This document shows, in pieces, positions 18,303-26,913 of a DNA stretch of 42,269 bases; the stretch's first letter is position 1, and each line of letters starts with the position of its first letter. Location: sequence record DRR378314_807; one strand, 5' to 3'. The notes beneath the pieces are model-generated. The model saw nothing but the letters and a program-made list of their open reading frames with translations, did no database searches and was not told where the DNA came from. A program made the translations under genes and the position numbers.

Positions 18303-21300
18303 GTTTGTTTTCCTCCGAAGAGCTTTCCGTTGGCTCTGGTAGCGCCTTTTTCTCGCCACGTTTAGCCAACATGTAGTAGAACAGCGGCGTTAAAATGAGA
18401 CCAAAAATGGTGACACCAATCATGCCGGAGAACACGGCAACGCCCATGGCCTGGCGCATTTCAGCGCCGGCACCGGTGGAGAAGACCATAGGCACCACAC
18501 CCATAATAAAGGCAATAGACGTCATCAGTATGGGGCGCAAACGCAGGCGACCGGCTTCCAGAATGGCTTCCATGGTACTCATACCGTGGTCCTGCAGCTC
18601 TTTGGCAAACTCCACTATCAATATGGCGTTCTTCGTCGCCAGCCCCACCAGCACAATTAAACCTATCTGGGTAAGAATGTTGTTGTCCCCGCCATAGATA
18701 AGCACACCGCTTAACGCCGATAACAGGGTCATCGGAATAATCAGGATGATGGCCAACGGCAAAGTTAAGCTTTCGTACTGCGCAGCCAGCACCATAAAGA
18801 CCAGCAAGATAACCAGCGGATAAATAAACATGCCCGCATTACCGGCCAGAATTTGCTGGTAAGTCAGTTCTGTCCACTCGTAGGTCATGCCGTTCGGCAA
18901 GGTTTCAGCGAGAATTTTTTCAATGGCCGCCTGTGCTTCCCCTGTGCTGTAACCCGGCGCAGGACCACCGTTAATTTCAGCGGTGGTAAAGCCGTTGTAA
19001 TGCATGACTCTATCCGGTCCTGCGGTGTTGGTAATGTTCATAAAGGAGCCCACAGGAACCATTTCACCACTGCCGTTACGCACTTTCAGCTGACTGATCT
19101 GCTCAGGCGTTTGCCGAAACTGCTCATCTGCCTGCATATTCACCTGATAGGTACGCCCGAACCGGTTAAAGTCATTCACATACACTGAGCCCATATAAGC
19201 CTGCAAAGTCTGGAATACCTCATCCAGGCTCACATCTTGTTGCTTAGCTTTCGTACGGTCGACATCGATATCAAGCTGCGGCACATTCACCTGATAACTG
19301 GAAAATACGCCGGTCAGTTCAGGCGTCGCCCAGGCCTTTTGCATAACCTCCATGTTGACCTTATACAGCTCTTCGTAACCATGGTTAGCACGGTCTTGTA
19401 TTTGCAGACGGAAACCACCAATAGTCCCTAACCCTTGCACTGGCGGGGGCGGGAATATGGCAATGTAAGCTTCATCAATAGCGGCGAACTTCTGGTTCAA
19501 TGCACCCGCTATTGCATTAGCCGACATTGAAGAATCCGTTCGCTCATCAAAGTCAGTTAGCGACACAAACACAATTCCGGAATTCGGACTGTTAGTGAAA
19601 CCGTTAATACTCAGACCCGGAAAGGCAATTGAGTTCGCCACACCCGGATGATCCAAGGCAATACTCGACATTTCTTTAATGACCGCAGCGGTGCGATCCA
19701 GCGAAGCGGCATCCGGCAATTGTGCAAAAGCCACCAGGTATTGCTTGTCCTGACTGGGCACATAACCAGTAGGAGTCGTCGCAAACTGCAGACCGGTTAA
19801 CCCTAATAAAGCCACATACAGAACGCCTACAATGACGCCATAGCGGATCACTTTTTTAACCAGCCAGCCGTAACCTTTAGACAAACGGGCAAAAAAGCGG
19901 TTAAAGGGGTCAAATAACCAACGACCTAACAGCTTATCCATACCACGGGTCAGTATGTCTTTTTTCTCGCCATGGCCTTTTAACAGAAGCGCTGCCAATG
20001 CAGGGCTCAGCGTTAGTGAATTGATGGCTGAGATAAAGGTAGAAATGGTAATGGTTAACGCAAACTGCTTATAAAACTGGCCGGTTAAACCCGACATAAA
20101 AGCGGTTGGAATAAACACCGCTGCCAGCACCAGTGTCGTCGCGACAATAGGACCGGTAACTTCTTTCATGGCTTTTTGTGTGGCCGCAATAGGAGACAAA
20201 CCTTCGCTAATATTCCGTTCTACGTTTTCCACCACCACAATGGCGTCATCCACAACTATGCCAATGGCTAGCACCAGCCCAAACAGCGACAAGGCATTTA
20301 ACGAAAAGCCCAGCAGGTGCATGAAGGCAAAAGTCCCAACCAGCGACACCGGCACGGCGACCAAAGGAATAATTGAGGCGCGCCAGGTTTGCAGAAACAG
20401 CACCACAACCAGTACCACCAGCAATACGGCTTCAAGCAGAGTTTTCACTACCGCATCAATAGAGCCACGTACAAAAACAGTTGGGTCGTACACAATGTCG
20501 TAAGTTAAACCGTCCGGAAAACCTTTCGACAATTCCGCCATTTTGGCACGGACATCGTCAGAAATTTGAATGGCGTTTGAGCCGGATGCCTGGAAAATAG
20601 GAAGCGCTACCGCGTCTTTATTGTTCAGCAACGAGCGCAATGCATACGTTGAAGCGCCGAGCTCGACACGGGCGACATCTTTTAAGCGACTGATTTCGCC
20701 GTTCTCGCCCACCTTGATAATAATGTCTTCAAACTCTTCGACGTCTGTCAGGCGGCCTTTCACGTTGATCAGCAATTGAAAATCGGCGTCGCCACTTGGC
20801 TGAGAACCCAAACTACCAGCTGCCGCCTGTTGGTTTTGCTCACGAATTGCCTCGGTAATTTGCGTCGGGGACAAACCCAGCGCAGACACCTTATTCGGGT
20901 CCAGCCAAATCCGCATGCTGTATTCACCGGCACCAAATAACCTAACGGCCCCAACACCTTCTATGCGCGCCAGCTCATCTTTGATATTTAAGTTCGCATA
21001 GTTCGACAGGTACAGCATGTCGTAGCGATCATCCGGTGAGGTTAGATGCACCACCATAGTTAAATTTGGTGACGACTTCTCAGTCACGACCCCCAAGCGC
21101 TGCACCACTTGTGGCAGGCGCGGTTTGGCCCGCTCTACCCGGCTTTGCACCTGAGTTTGCGCTAAATTGACATCCGTACCGATAGCAAAGGTAACGGTCA
21201 ATGTCATACGACCATCCGAGGTGGCCTGAGAGGACATATACAACATGTCCTCAACACCATTAATCTCCTGCTCCAGTGGCGAGGCCACAGTCTCAGCTAT

Positions 21301-21471
21301 GACTTTGGGGTTAGCGCCAGGATAGTTAGCCGTTACTACAACCGTTGGTGGCACCACTTCCGGGTATTCGGTAATTGGCAACTGCCATACCGCTATAGCA
21401 CCAGTAATAAAGAACAACAGCGAGATAACCGCGGCAAAAATGGGCCGTCGGATAAAAAATTGAGAAAACAT
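18295..21471 (-). CDS. MexF/OqxB/BpeF-like RND multidrug efflux permease
   Basis: FSQFFIRRPIFA, EYPEVVPPTVVV, GLSINGFTNSPNSG and GYVPSQDKQYL are typical of the MexF clade. The DD/K/R relay is intact. Confidence 0.94.
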   Translation of the reverse strand: MFSQFFIRRPIFAAVISLLFFITGAIAVWQLPITEYPEVVPPTVVVTANYPGANPKVIAETVASPLEQEINGVEDMLYMSSQATSDGRMTLTVTFAIGTDVNLAQTQVQSRVERAKPRLPQVVQRLGVVTEKSSPNLTMVVHLTSPDDRYDMLYLSNYANLNIKDELARIEGVGAVRLFGAGEYSMRIWLDPNKVSALGLSPTQITEAIREQNQQAAAGSLGSQPSGDADFQLLINVKGRLTDVEEFEDIIIKVGENGEISRLKDVARVELGASTYALRSLLNNKDAVALPIFQASGSNAIQISDDVRAKMAELSKGFPDGLTYDIVYDPTVFVRGSIDAVVKTLLEAVLLVVLVVVLFLQTWRASIIPLVAVPVSLVGTFAFMHLLGFSLNALSLFGLVLAIGIVVDDAIVVVENVERNISEGLSPIAATQKAMKEVTGPIVATTLVLAAVFIPTAFMSGLTGQFYKQFALTITISTFISAINSLTLSPALAALLLKGHGEKKDILTRGMDKLLGRWLFDPFNRFFARLSKGYGWLVKKVIRYGVIVGVLYVALLGLTGLQFATTPTGYVPSQDKQYLVAFAQLPDAASLDRTAAVIKEMSSIALDHPGVANSIAFPGLSINGFTNSPNSGIVFVSLTDFDERTDSSMSANAIAGALNQKFAAIDEAYIAIFPPPPVQGLGTIGGFRLQIQDRANHGYEELYKVNMEVMQKAWATPELTGVFSSYQVNVPQLDIDVDRTKAKQQDVSLDEVFQTLQAYMGSVYVNDFNRFGRTYQVNMQADEQFRQTPEQISQLKVRNGSGEMVPVGSFMNITNTAGPDRVMHYNGFTTAEINGGPAPGYSTGEAQAAIEKILAETLPNGMTYEWTELTYQQILAGNAGMFIYPLVILLVFMVLAAQYESLTLPLAIILIIPMTLLSALSGVLIYGGDNNILTQIGLIVLVGLATKNAILIVEFAKELQDHGMSTMEAILEAGRLRLRPILMTSIAFIMGVVPMVFSTGAGAEMRQAMGVAVFSGMIGVTIFGLILTPLFYYMLAKRGEKKALPEPTESSSEENKHA

Positions 21472-21481
21472 TGAGTGCCCC

Positions 21482-22723
21482 TTAACCGTGGTTATCTTCT
21501 GTAGATGTCTGTGCAGTCAGCTCGTTATTGGCTTCGTCCAGCAGCTGTTGCGCTTTACGTAACCTGACCAATTGCTCACTGCTTGCCATTGGCACCAGTT
21601 GAGGATCAACTTTCATATTGGCTCTAACTCGCTGCAAACCGTTCACTACAATTTTGTCCGTTGGCGTTAAGCCTTCTGTCACTATGCGCAGACCGTTAAC
21701 TTTTTCACCCAGTTCAATCGCCCGATACTCCAACTCGTTGTTACTATTAACGACCAATACAAACTTGTTATTCAGGTCAGTCCCAACAGCCTTTTCGTCA
21801 ATCAAAATGCCTTCATAAGAGTCGCTGCCCACCAAACGAATGCGGGCAAATAAACCGGGTAACAAGTCGTTGTCCTCGTTAGGGAAACTGGCTCGTATAC
21901 GAATGGTGCCAGTTTGCGCATCAATGCGGTTATCAACAAAATCGACCCGGCCTACGTATTGATAATTGCTGTCGTTAGCCAATGCCATATAAACGGGGTT
22001 GGAGGTCGCGTCGCGAGTATCAGCTCGTTTCCCTGTTTCAGCCAGACGGGCATATTTTAAGTAGCTTTGCTCGTCTACATCGAAGTAGGCGTACATCTTC
22101 TCGGTTGAAACCAGGTTGGTAATTTGACTTTGCCCAGCGCTCACAAAGTTACCAGCGGTAACCTGAGCATAAGATACCCGGCCGCTAATAGGCGCGGTAA
22201 TGCGGGTATAGCTTAAGTCAAGTTCAGCGCGTTCAAGTGCCGCTTCAACCGAAGCAACGGTTGCCGCAGTTTGCTGTTTCCGGGCTAAACGGCTGTCCAG
22301 TAATTCAGCAGAAATTGCCCGCTGGCTACTGAGTTTTTCAGCCCGGCGATATTCCTTTTCCGCCTGAACCGCAGCGCTTTGTGCACTTTGCAGCTCAGCT
22401 TTTAAGCGAGCAACTTCGGTAGCGAAAGGTTTAGGATCAATCTTTACCAGCAAGTCTCCTTTATCTACCAAAGCTCCCTCGTTGAAATGCACTTCCTCGA
22501 TATAACCAGAAACTCGCGGTATCAACTGAACCGTCTGTGGCGCTTGCAAACGGCCGGTGAATTCATCCCATTCGGTGATTCGCTCATGAACCACCTGCGC
22601 TACGCTAACTTGCGGTGCAGCCGGCGCCGCAGTCTCTTCCGCAGCTTCCGGATTGCTGCACGCGGCTAATACCAGCGCAGCAATACCTCCTAAAAGAACT
22701 TTTACAGTGTTTGTCGTACTCAT
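21482..22723 (-). CDS. MexE/OqxA-like RND periplasmic adaptor lipoprotein
   Basis: LAAC lipobox, ITEWDEFTGRLQAP, PRVSGYI, APISGRVS and GTDLNNKFV. Start ATG 22723 follows GGAG. Confidence 0.93.
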   Translation of the reverse strand: MSTTNTVKVLLGGIAALVLAACSNPEAAEETAAPAAPQVSVAQVVHERITEWDEFTGRLQAPQTVQLIPRVSGYIEEVHFNEGALVDKGDLLVKIDPKPFATEVARLKAELQSAQSAAVQAEKEYRRAEKLSSQRAISAELLDSRLARKQQTAATVASVEAALERAELDLSYTRITAPISGRVSYAQVTAGNFVSAGQSQITNLVSTEKMYAYFDVDEQSYLKYARLAETGKRADTRDATSNPVYMALANDSNYQYVGRVDFVDNRIDAQTGTIRIRASFPNEDNDLLPGLFARIRLVGSDSYEGILIDEKAVGTDLNNKFVLVVNSNNELEYRAIELGEKVNGLRIVTEGLTPTDKIVVNGLQRVRANMKVDPQLVPMASSEQLVRLRKAQQLLDEANNELTAQTSTEDNHG

Positions 22724-22789
22724 GGCCTTGCTCTCCAAACTATTGCCAGATGCTGCGAAACGAGCATCAAATAAAACTAGCTATTTATG

Positions 22790-22851
22790 TACCGTTCGGT
22801 AAGAATATAGAAATCGGAGTTGCTGTCAAATGAATTTTGTACTGATCGGTA
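22790..22851. promoter_or_regulatory. Two TetR-type palindromic operators upstream of the MexE-like gene
   Basis: TACCG-TT-CGGTA (22790-22801) and TACTG-AT-CGGTA (22840-22851) are exactly 50 bp apart. Both are preceded by TG. Confidence 0.72.
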
Positions 22852-23156
22852 AAATTGATGGTTATTTTGAACTAAATACTGAAAAACAACGTAAGAACAA
22901 CTGAAGCAACCAAAAAACAGGCCGCCTTTAATACGAGGTAAAGTATAGTTAGCGCAGGTAGAAATTAGCGTGCCGAAAACTGCTGACGACTTGCCTATTT
23001 CTATAGAGTGGATACGAACTCCCTGTTTTCGATTGATGCCAGTGGTGTTTGTGCCGCAGCAGAATCAGACAGAGTATCGCTGGACAGTATTCGCCCGCCT
23101 GTTTACTATGTGAGCGTGTCAGCAAGGGCACTAAAGTGTCGATGAGGAGTATAGCT

Positions 23157-23768
23157 ATGACAACGAAAACTCAAACTGTTTGTCGCGGACGACCTTGTGC
23201 TTTTAATAAAGAAGAAGCACTGGGCAAAGCGTTAGAACTGTTTTGGCGTAATGGCTACGAAGGCACCTCATTGAGCGACCTGACAAAAGTGATGGGTATT
23301 AATAAACCCAGTCTCTACTCGGCCTTTGGTAATAAAGAACAGCTGTTTTTACAGGCTATCGACCTTTACGAAAAGCGCCCTGGCGCCTTCTTTTATTCAG
23401 CGATGGATCAGAAAACGGCTTATTTGGTCGTACAGTCAATGCTACGCGGAGCAGCCGACAGCATGGCAAATGGCGAACATCCGCAAGGCTGTGTTGTGGT
23501 TCAGGGGGCTCTGTCCTGTAGCGAAGCTTCAGCAACGGTTAAAGAAGCATTAATTAAACGCCGCCTTGAAGGGCAACAAGAACTGCAGAAACGTTTTGAA
23601 CAGGCGCAACAAGATGGCGACCTGCCACAGCATGTCGATGCGGCGACGTTATCGTGCTATATCGGCACAGTACTGCAGGGCATGTCAGTACAAGCTAATA
23701 ATGGCGCCTCTACTGAGGATTTATACGCGGTTGCCGACATGGTATTGCAAAACTTTCCAAAGGCGTAA
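23157..23768 (+). CDS. TetR/AcrR-family transcriptional regulator
   Basis: RGRP..F, FWRNGYEGTSLSDL, GINKPSLYSAFGNKEQLF and GCVVV. Start ATG 23157 follows GAGGAG. Divergent from the pump. Confidence 0.93.
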   Translation: MTTKTQTVCRGRPCAFNKEEALGKALELFWRNGYEGTSLSDLTKVMGINKPSLYSAFGNKEQLFLQAIDLYEKRPGAFFYSAMDQKTAYLVVQSMLRGAADSMANGEHPQGCVVVQGALSCSEASATVKEALIKRRLEGQQELQKRFEQAQQDGDLPQHVDAATLSCYIGTVLQGMSVQANNGASTEDLYAVADMVLQNFPKA

Positions 23769-23928
23769 TATTTCAGGATTAAACACGCTAAGAGATGTAA
23801 GATCCTCCGCAATACTTGCCTAATACTATATTCCCTGAGCCATTTACTGGTCGAAACACAACACCCACACCTATACTGATGAATCTCATTTAAAGGGTGA
23901 ACTTAGCCACAGCTCGAGGATTACAATT

Positions 23929-24858
23929 ATGTCTGATCAGTACCTTGCCCAGCGAATGGCAGACCTGACGCAACGACTGCTTCCGTTACTTACAAAAGAA
24001 GACCTGACGCAAACGGCCATTGCTGACATTTCACTGATGCATCGGAGTAATCCATCGCAGGCTCGCCCAATTATTTATCGTCCCGCGGTTTGCTTTATGC
24101 TGCAAGGAGCAAAAGAGCTGCTGGTCGGCAATACCAAAGTCACTTACGAGCAAATGAATTATCTTTTGATTCCGGTCATGTTGCCGGTTTCTGGCCGGGT
24201 GTCACAGGCTTCTCCAGACACCCCCTACGTGGGCTTAAGCTTTAATTTTGACACTGCCGAATTGCGTGAGTTAATTCTGTTACTGGGCGACCGCATTCCT
24301 GCGACGGTAAAATCACAAAGTAGCCTGTGTGTTGGAAAGGTCGACAGCGAGATGATGCAGTTACTGGAGCGCGCGACTGAATTGCTGGAAAAGCCCGATG
24401 ACGCGAAAGTCCTGTTTCCGTTAATTAGACGCGAATTGATGTATCGTTTGTTACTCGGAGAGCTGGGTGGTCTATTGCGGGACTTTAATCTCATAGACAC
24501 CCAGGCGAGTCGTATTGCTCAAGCTATCGATATTATCAAACGCCGGTTACACGAGCCGCTGCGCGTTAAAGATTTAGCTGGTGCGGTACATTTAAGTGAA
24601 TCCGCCTTTTATCAGGCGTTTAAAAGTGTGACTGCAATGTCGCCCATTCAATTCCAGAAAAAGCTTCGACTAGATGAAGCACGGCGAATTATGTTGTTTG
24701 AAGGAAGCGATGTCAGCACCGCCTGCTATCAGGTAGGTTATGAAAGCCCATCTCAGTTTAGCCGTGAATACAGCCGTTTATTTGGACAGTCACCTAAAGC
24801 CGACATTAATGAATTCCGAGTGACATCTGAAAACAGTTACGCTCAGTTGGCGGGGTAA
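23929..24858 (+). CDS. AraC-family regulator with AraC_N domain (YqhC-like)
   Basis: YRPAVCFMLQGAK, ASPDTPYVG, FKSVTAMSPIQFQK.LRL.EAR and VGYESPSQFSREYSRLFG. Confidence 0.92.
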   Translation: MSDQYLAQRMADLTQRLLPLLTKEDLTQTAIADISLMHRSNPSQARPIIYRPAVCFMLQGAKELLVGNTKVTYEQMNYLLIPVMLPVSGRVSQASPDTPYVGLSFNFDTAELRELILLLGDRIPATVKSQSSLCVGKVDSEMMQLLERATELLEKPDDAKVLFPLIRRELMYRLLLGELGGLLRDFNLIDTQASRIAQAIDIIKRRLHEPLRVKDLAGAVHLSESAFYQAFKSVTAMSPIQFQKKLRLDEARRIMLFEGSDVSTACYQVGYESPSQFSREYSRLFGQSPKADINEFRVTSENSYAQLAG

Positions 24859-24886
24859 AATTTCGTTTGATTCATTTTTTCGATGG

Positions 24887-24915
24887 TTGAGATAGATTAT
24901 TTCTAATTATCTCAA
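24887..24915. promoter_or_regulatory. Inverted repeat upstream of xenA; candidate operator
   Basis: TTGAGATA-N13-TATCTCAA, about 75 nt before the xenA start. Confidence 0.45.
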
Positions 24916-24990
24916 ACGAGTGCCCGAGCTAGTATAGGTGCTTCAAAATTGCTTTTACAGCAAGTGCAGTAATTAACAGGAGTACTTAAG

Positions 24991-26079
24991 GTGTCCGCAC
25001 TATTTCAACCGTTCGAGTTAAAAGACGTCCGTTTGCGTAACCGCATTGCCGTTCCCCCAATGTGCCAATATATGGCTGAAGACGGTGTCGTTAACGACTG
25101 GCATTTAAGCCATTACACCAGCCTGGCGCGTGGCGGTGCTGGCTTAGTCATTGTCGAAGCCACCGCAGTTTCCCCTGAAGGGCGCATTACCCCTAACTGC
25201 ACAGGCCTCTGGAACGACGAACAAGCACAAGCTTTTGCGCCTGTTGTGGAGAATATAAAAAAAGCAGGCGCCGTTGCCGGCATTCAAATTGGCCACGCCG
25301 GCCGCAAAGCCAGCGCAAACCGTCCGTGGGATGGTGACGACCACATAGCTGAAAATGATGCTAGAGGTTGGCAGCCAATATCGCCTTCTCCTATCGCTTT
25401 TGGCGCAAACCTGCCTCGCGAACCTGAAGAAATGTCGCTGGATGACATAAAACGCGTGCAAAACGACTTTGTCGCCGCTGCCGAACGAGCTCGTGACTTA
25501 GGATTTGAATGGCTTGAACTGCACTTTGCTCACGGCTACTTAGGCCAGAGCTTCTTTTCAGCTCATGCGAACCAGCGTACTGACGAATATGGTGGTTCGT
25601 TTGAGAACCGTGCCCGGTTCTTGGTGGAGACAGTTCGTGCGGTAAAACAAGTATGGCCAGATAACTTGCCGCTGACCGCACGCTTTGGTGTGATTGAGTA
25701 TGATGGCAATGACGAACAGCAAATGCAGGAGTCCGTTAAGCTGACTCAGTTACTAAAAGCTGAGGGACTGGACTTTTTAAATGTCAGTATCAGTTTCTCA
25801 ACACCAAACGCCAACATTCCCTGGGGCCCGGGCTTTATGGCACCTATTGCGGAGCGCATTCGTAAAGAGGCGGATATTCCAGTGGCCTCCGCCTGGGGCA
25901 TTAATTTACCTCAGCTGGCAGAACACACCGTTGCACAAGGACAACTGGATTTGGTCATGGTGGGTCGTGCTCATCTGGAGAACCCTCACTGGCCTTACGA
26001 CGCCGCCAAAGCACTGCGTGTCGAGAAGCCTTCTTGGGTCTTACCTGCACCTTATGCGCACTGGCTTGAACGCTACTAA
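24991..26079 (+). CDS. xenA: Old Yellow Enzyme family NADH:flavin oxidoreductase, XenA type
   Basis: PPMCQY (XenA Cys), HAGRKAS, ELHFAHGY and C-terminal PAPYAHWLERY. GTG start follows AGGAG. Confidence 0.93.
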   Translation: MSALFQPFELKDVRLRNRIAVPPMCQYMAEDGVVNDWHLSHYTSLARGGAGLVIVEATAVSPEGRITPNCTGLWNDEQAQAFAPVVENIKKAGAVAGIQIGHAGRKASANRPWDGDDHIAENDARGWQPISPSPIAFGANLPREPEEMSLDDIKRVQNDFVAAAERARDLGFEWLELHFAHGYLGQSFFSAHANQRTDEYGGSFENRARFLVETVRAVKQVWPDNLPLTARFGVIEYDGNDEQQMQESVKLTQLLKAEGLDFLNVSISFSTPNANIPWGPGFMAPIAERIRKEADIPVASAWGINLPQLAEHTVAQGQLDLVMVGRAHLENPHWPYDAAKALRVEKPSWVLPAPYAHWLERY

Positions 26080-26100
26080 GCAATAAATTTTTCGCACTTT

Positions 26101-26137
26101 AGCAAAGGCGGCCCCGTTTACGGTGGCCGCTTTTGCT
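26101..26137 (+). terminator. Terminator after xenA
   Basis: AGCAAAGGCGGCC...GGCCGCTTTTGCT stem with a T-run. Confidence 0.75.
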
Positions 26138-26208
26138 TATTAAGCACCGAGATCCATTAAGTCAGTTTGCGCGTATAAAGGGGTGATAAACAAATAACAG
26201 GAGGAATA

Positions 26209-26724
26209 ATGAATACAAGTGATAAAACAGCTGAATTCACCGCCCCTGGGATTAAAAACGAATCTGCCCAAGACGCTATAGCGCTGCTCGACGACCGTCT
26301 GGTTGCACTGCTTGACCTTCAACTGACGCTTAAACATGTTCACTGGAACGTAGTTGGTCCAAACTTTATTGGCGTACATGAAATGCTGGACCCGCAGGTT
26401 GATAGCATTCGTGAAATGACCGATACCATCGCAGAGCGCATCGCCACTATGGGCGGCGTTCCCGCCGGTACCCCGCAGTCAATTGTGGACCGCCGTTCAT
26501 GGAAAGACTATTCGATAGGCAGAGGTCTGGTCACTGAACATTTAGTTGCACTTGATAAAGTGTACAACGGTGTAAATAAAGACCACAGAGACGCGCTCAA
26601 TAAACTCGCTGAACTAGACCCTGTTTCGGAAGACATGCTCACCGGCCAACTAGCCGAGCTTGAGCAATTCCAGTGGTTTGTCCGCGCTCATATCGAGTCA
26701 GCATCGGGTGAACTCAAAAGCTAA
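26209..26724 (+). CDS. dps: Dps DNA starvation/stationary-phase protection protein
   Basis: LKHVHWNVVGPNFIGVHEMLD and DTIAERI ferroxidase motifs. AGGAGG SD. Confidence 0.94.
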   Translation: MNTSDKTAEFTAPGIKNESAQDAIALLDDRLVALLDLQLTLKHVHWNVVGPNFIGVHEMLDPQVDSIREMTDTIAERIATMGGVPAGTPQSIVDRRSWKDYSIGRGLVTEHLVALDKVYNGVNKDHRDALNKLAELDPVSEDMLTGQLAELEQFQWFVRAHIESASGELKS

Positions 26725-26754
26725 TTAGTTTGTACAATTAGTAAACCAATCCGG

Positions 26755-26784
26755 AAGCCCAGCAAGGATGTTGCTGGGCTTTTT
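26755..26784 (+). terminator. Terminator after dps
   Basis: AAGCCCAGCAA-ggatg-TTGCTGGGCTT followed by TTT. Confidence 0.85.
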
Positions 26785-26913
26785 GCTTTTAAGACCAGAC
26801 TACTGAAATTAAGAAAAGCCTATAAATACCTGGCTTCCCCCGATATAGCTAACAATTTATAACTTTGTTAATATCATTTGAATTAAAAATAATAATCATA
26901 ACGAGATCCCCAC

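Noticed and set aside
22949-23131. 60-aa ORF or structured RNA in the long MFP-tetR intergenic region
   Set aside because: There is no convincing SD, terminator or recognisable riboswitch pattern, so it cannot be supported from sequence alone.
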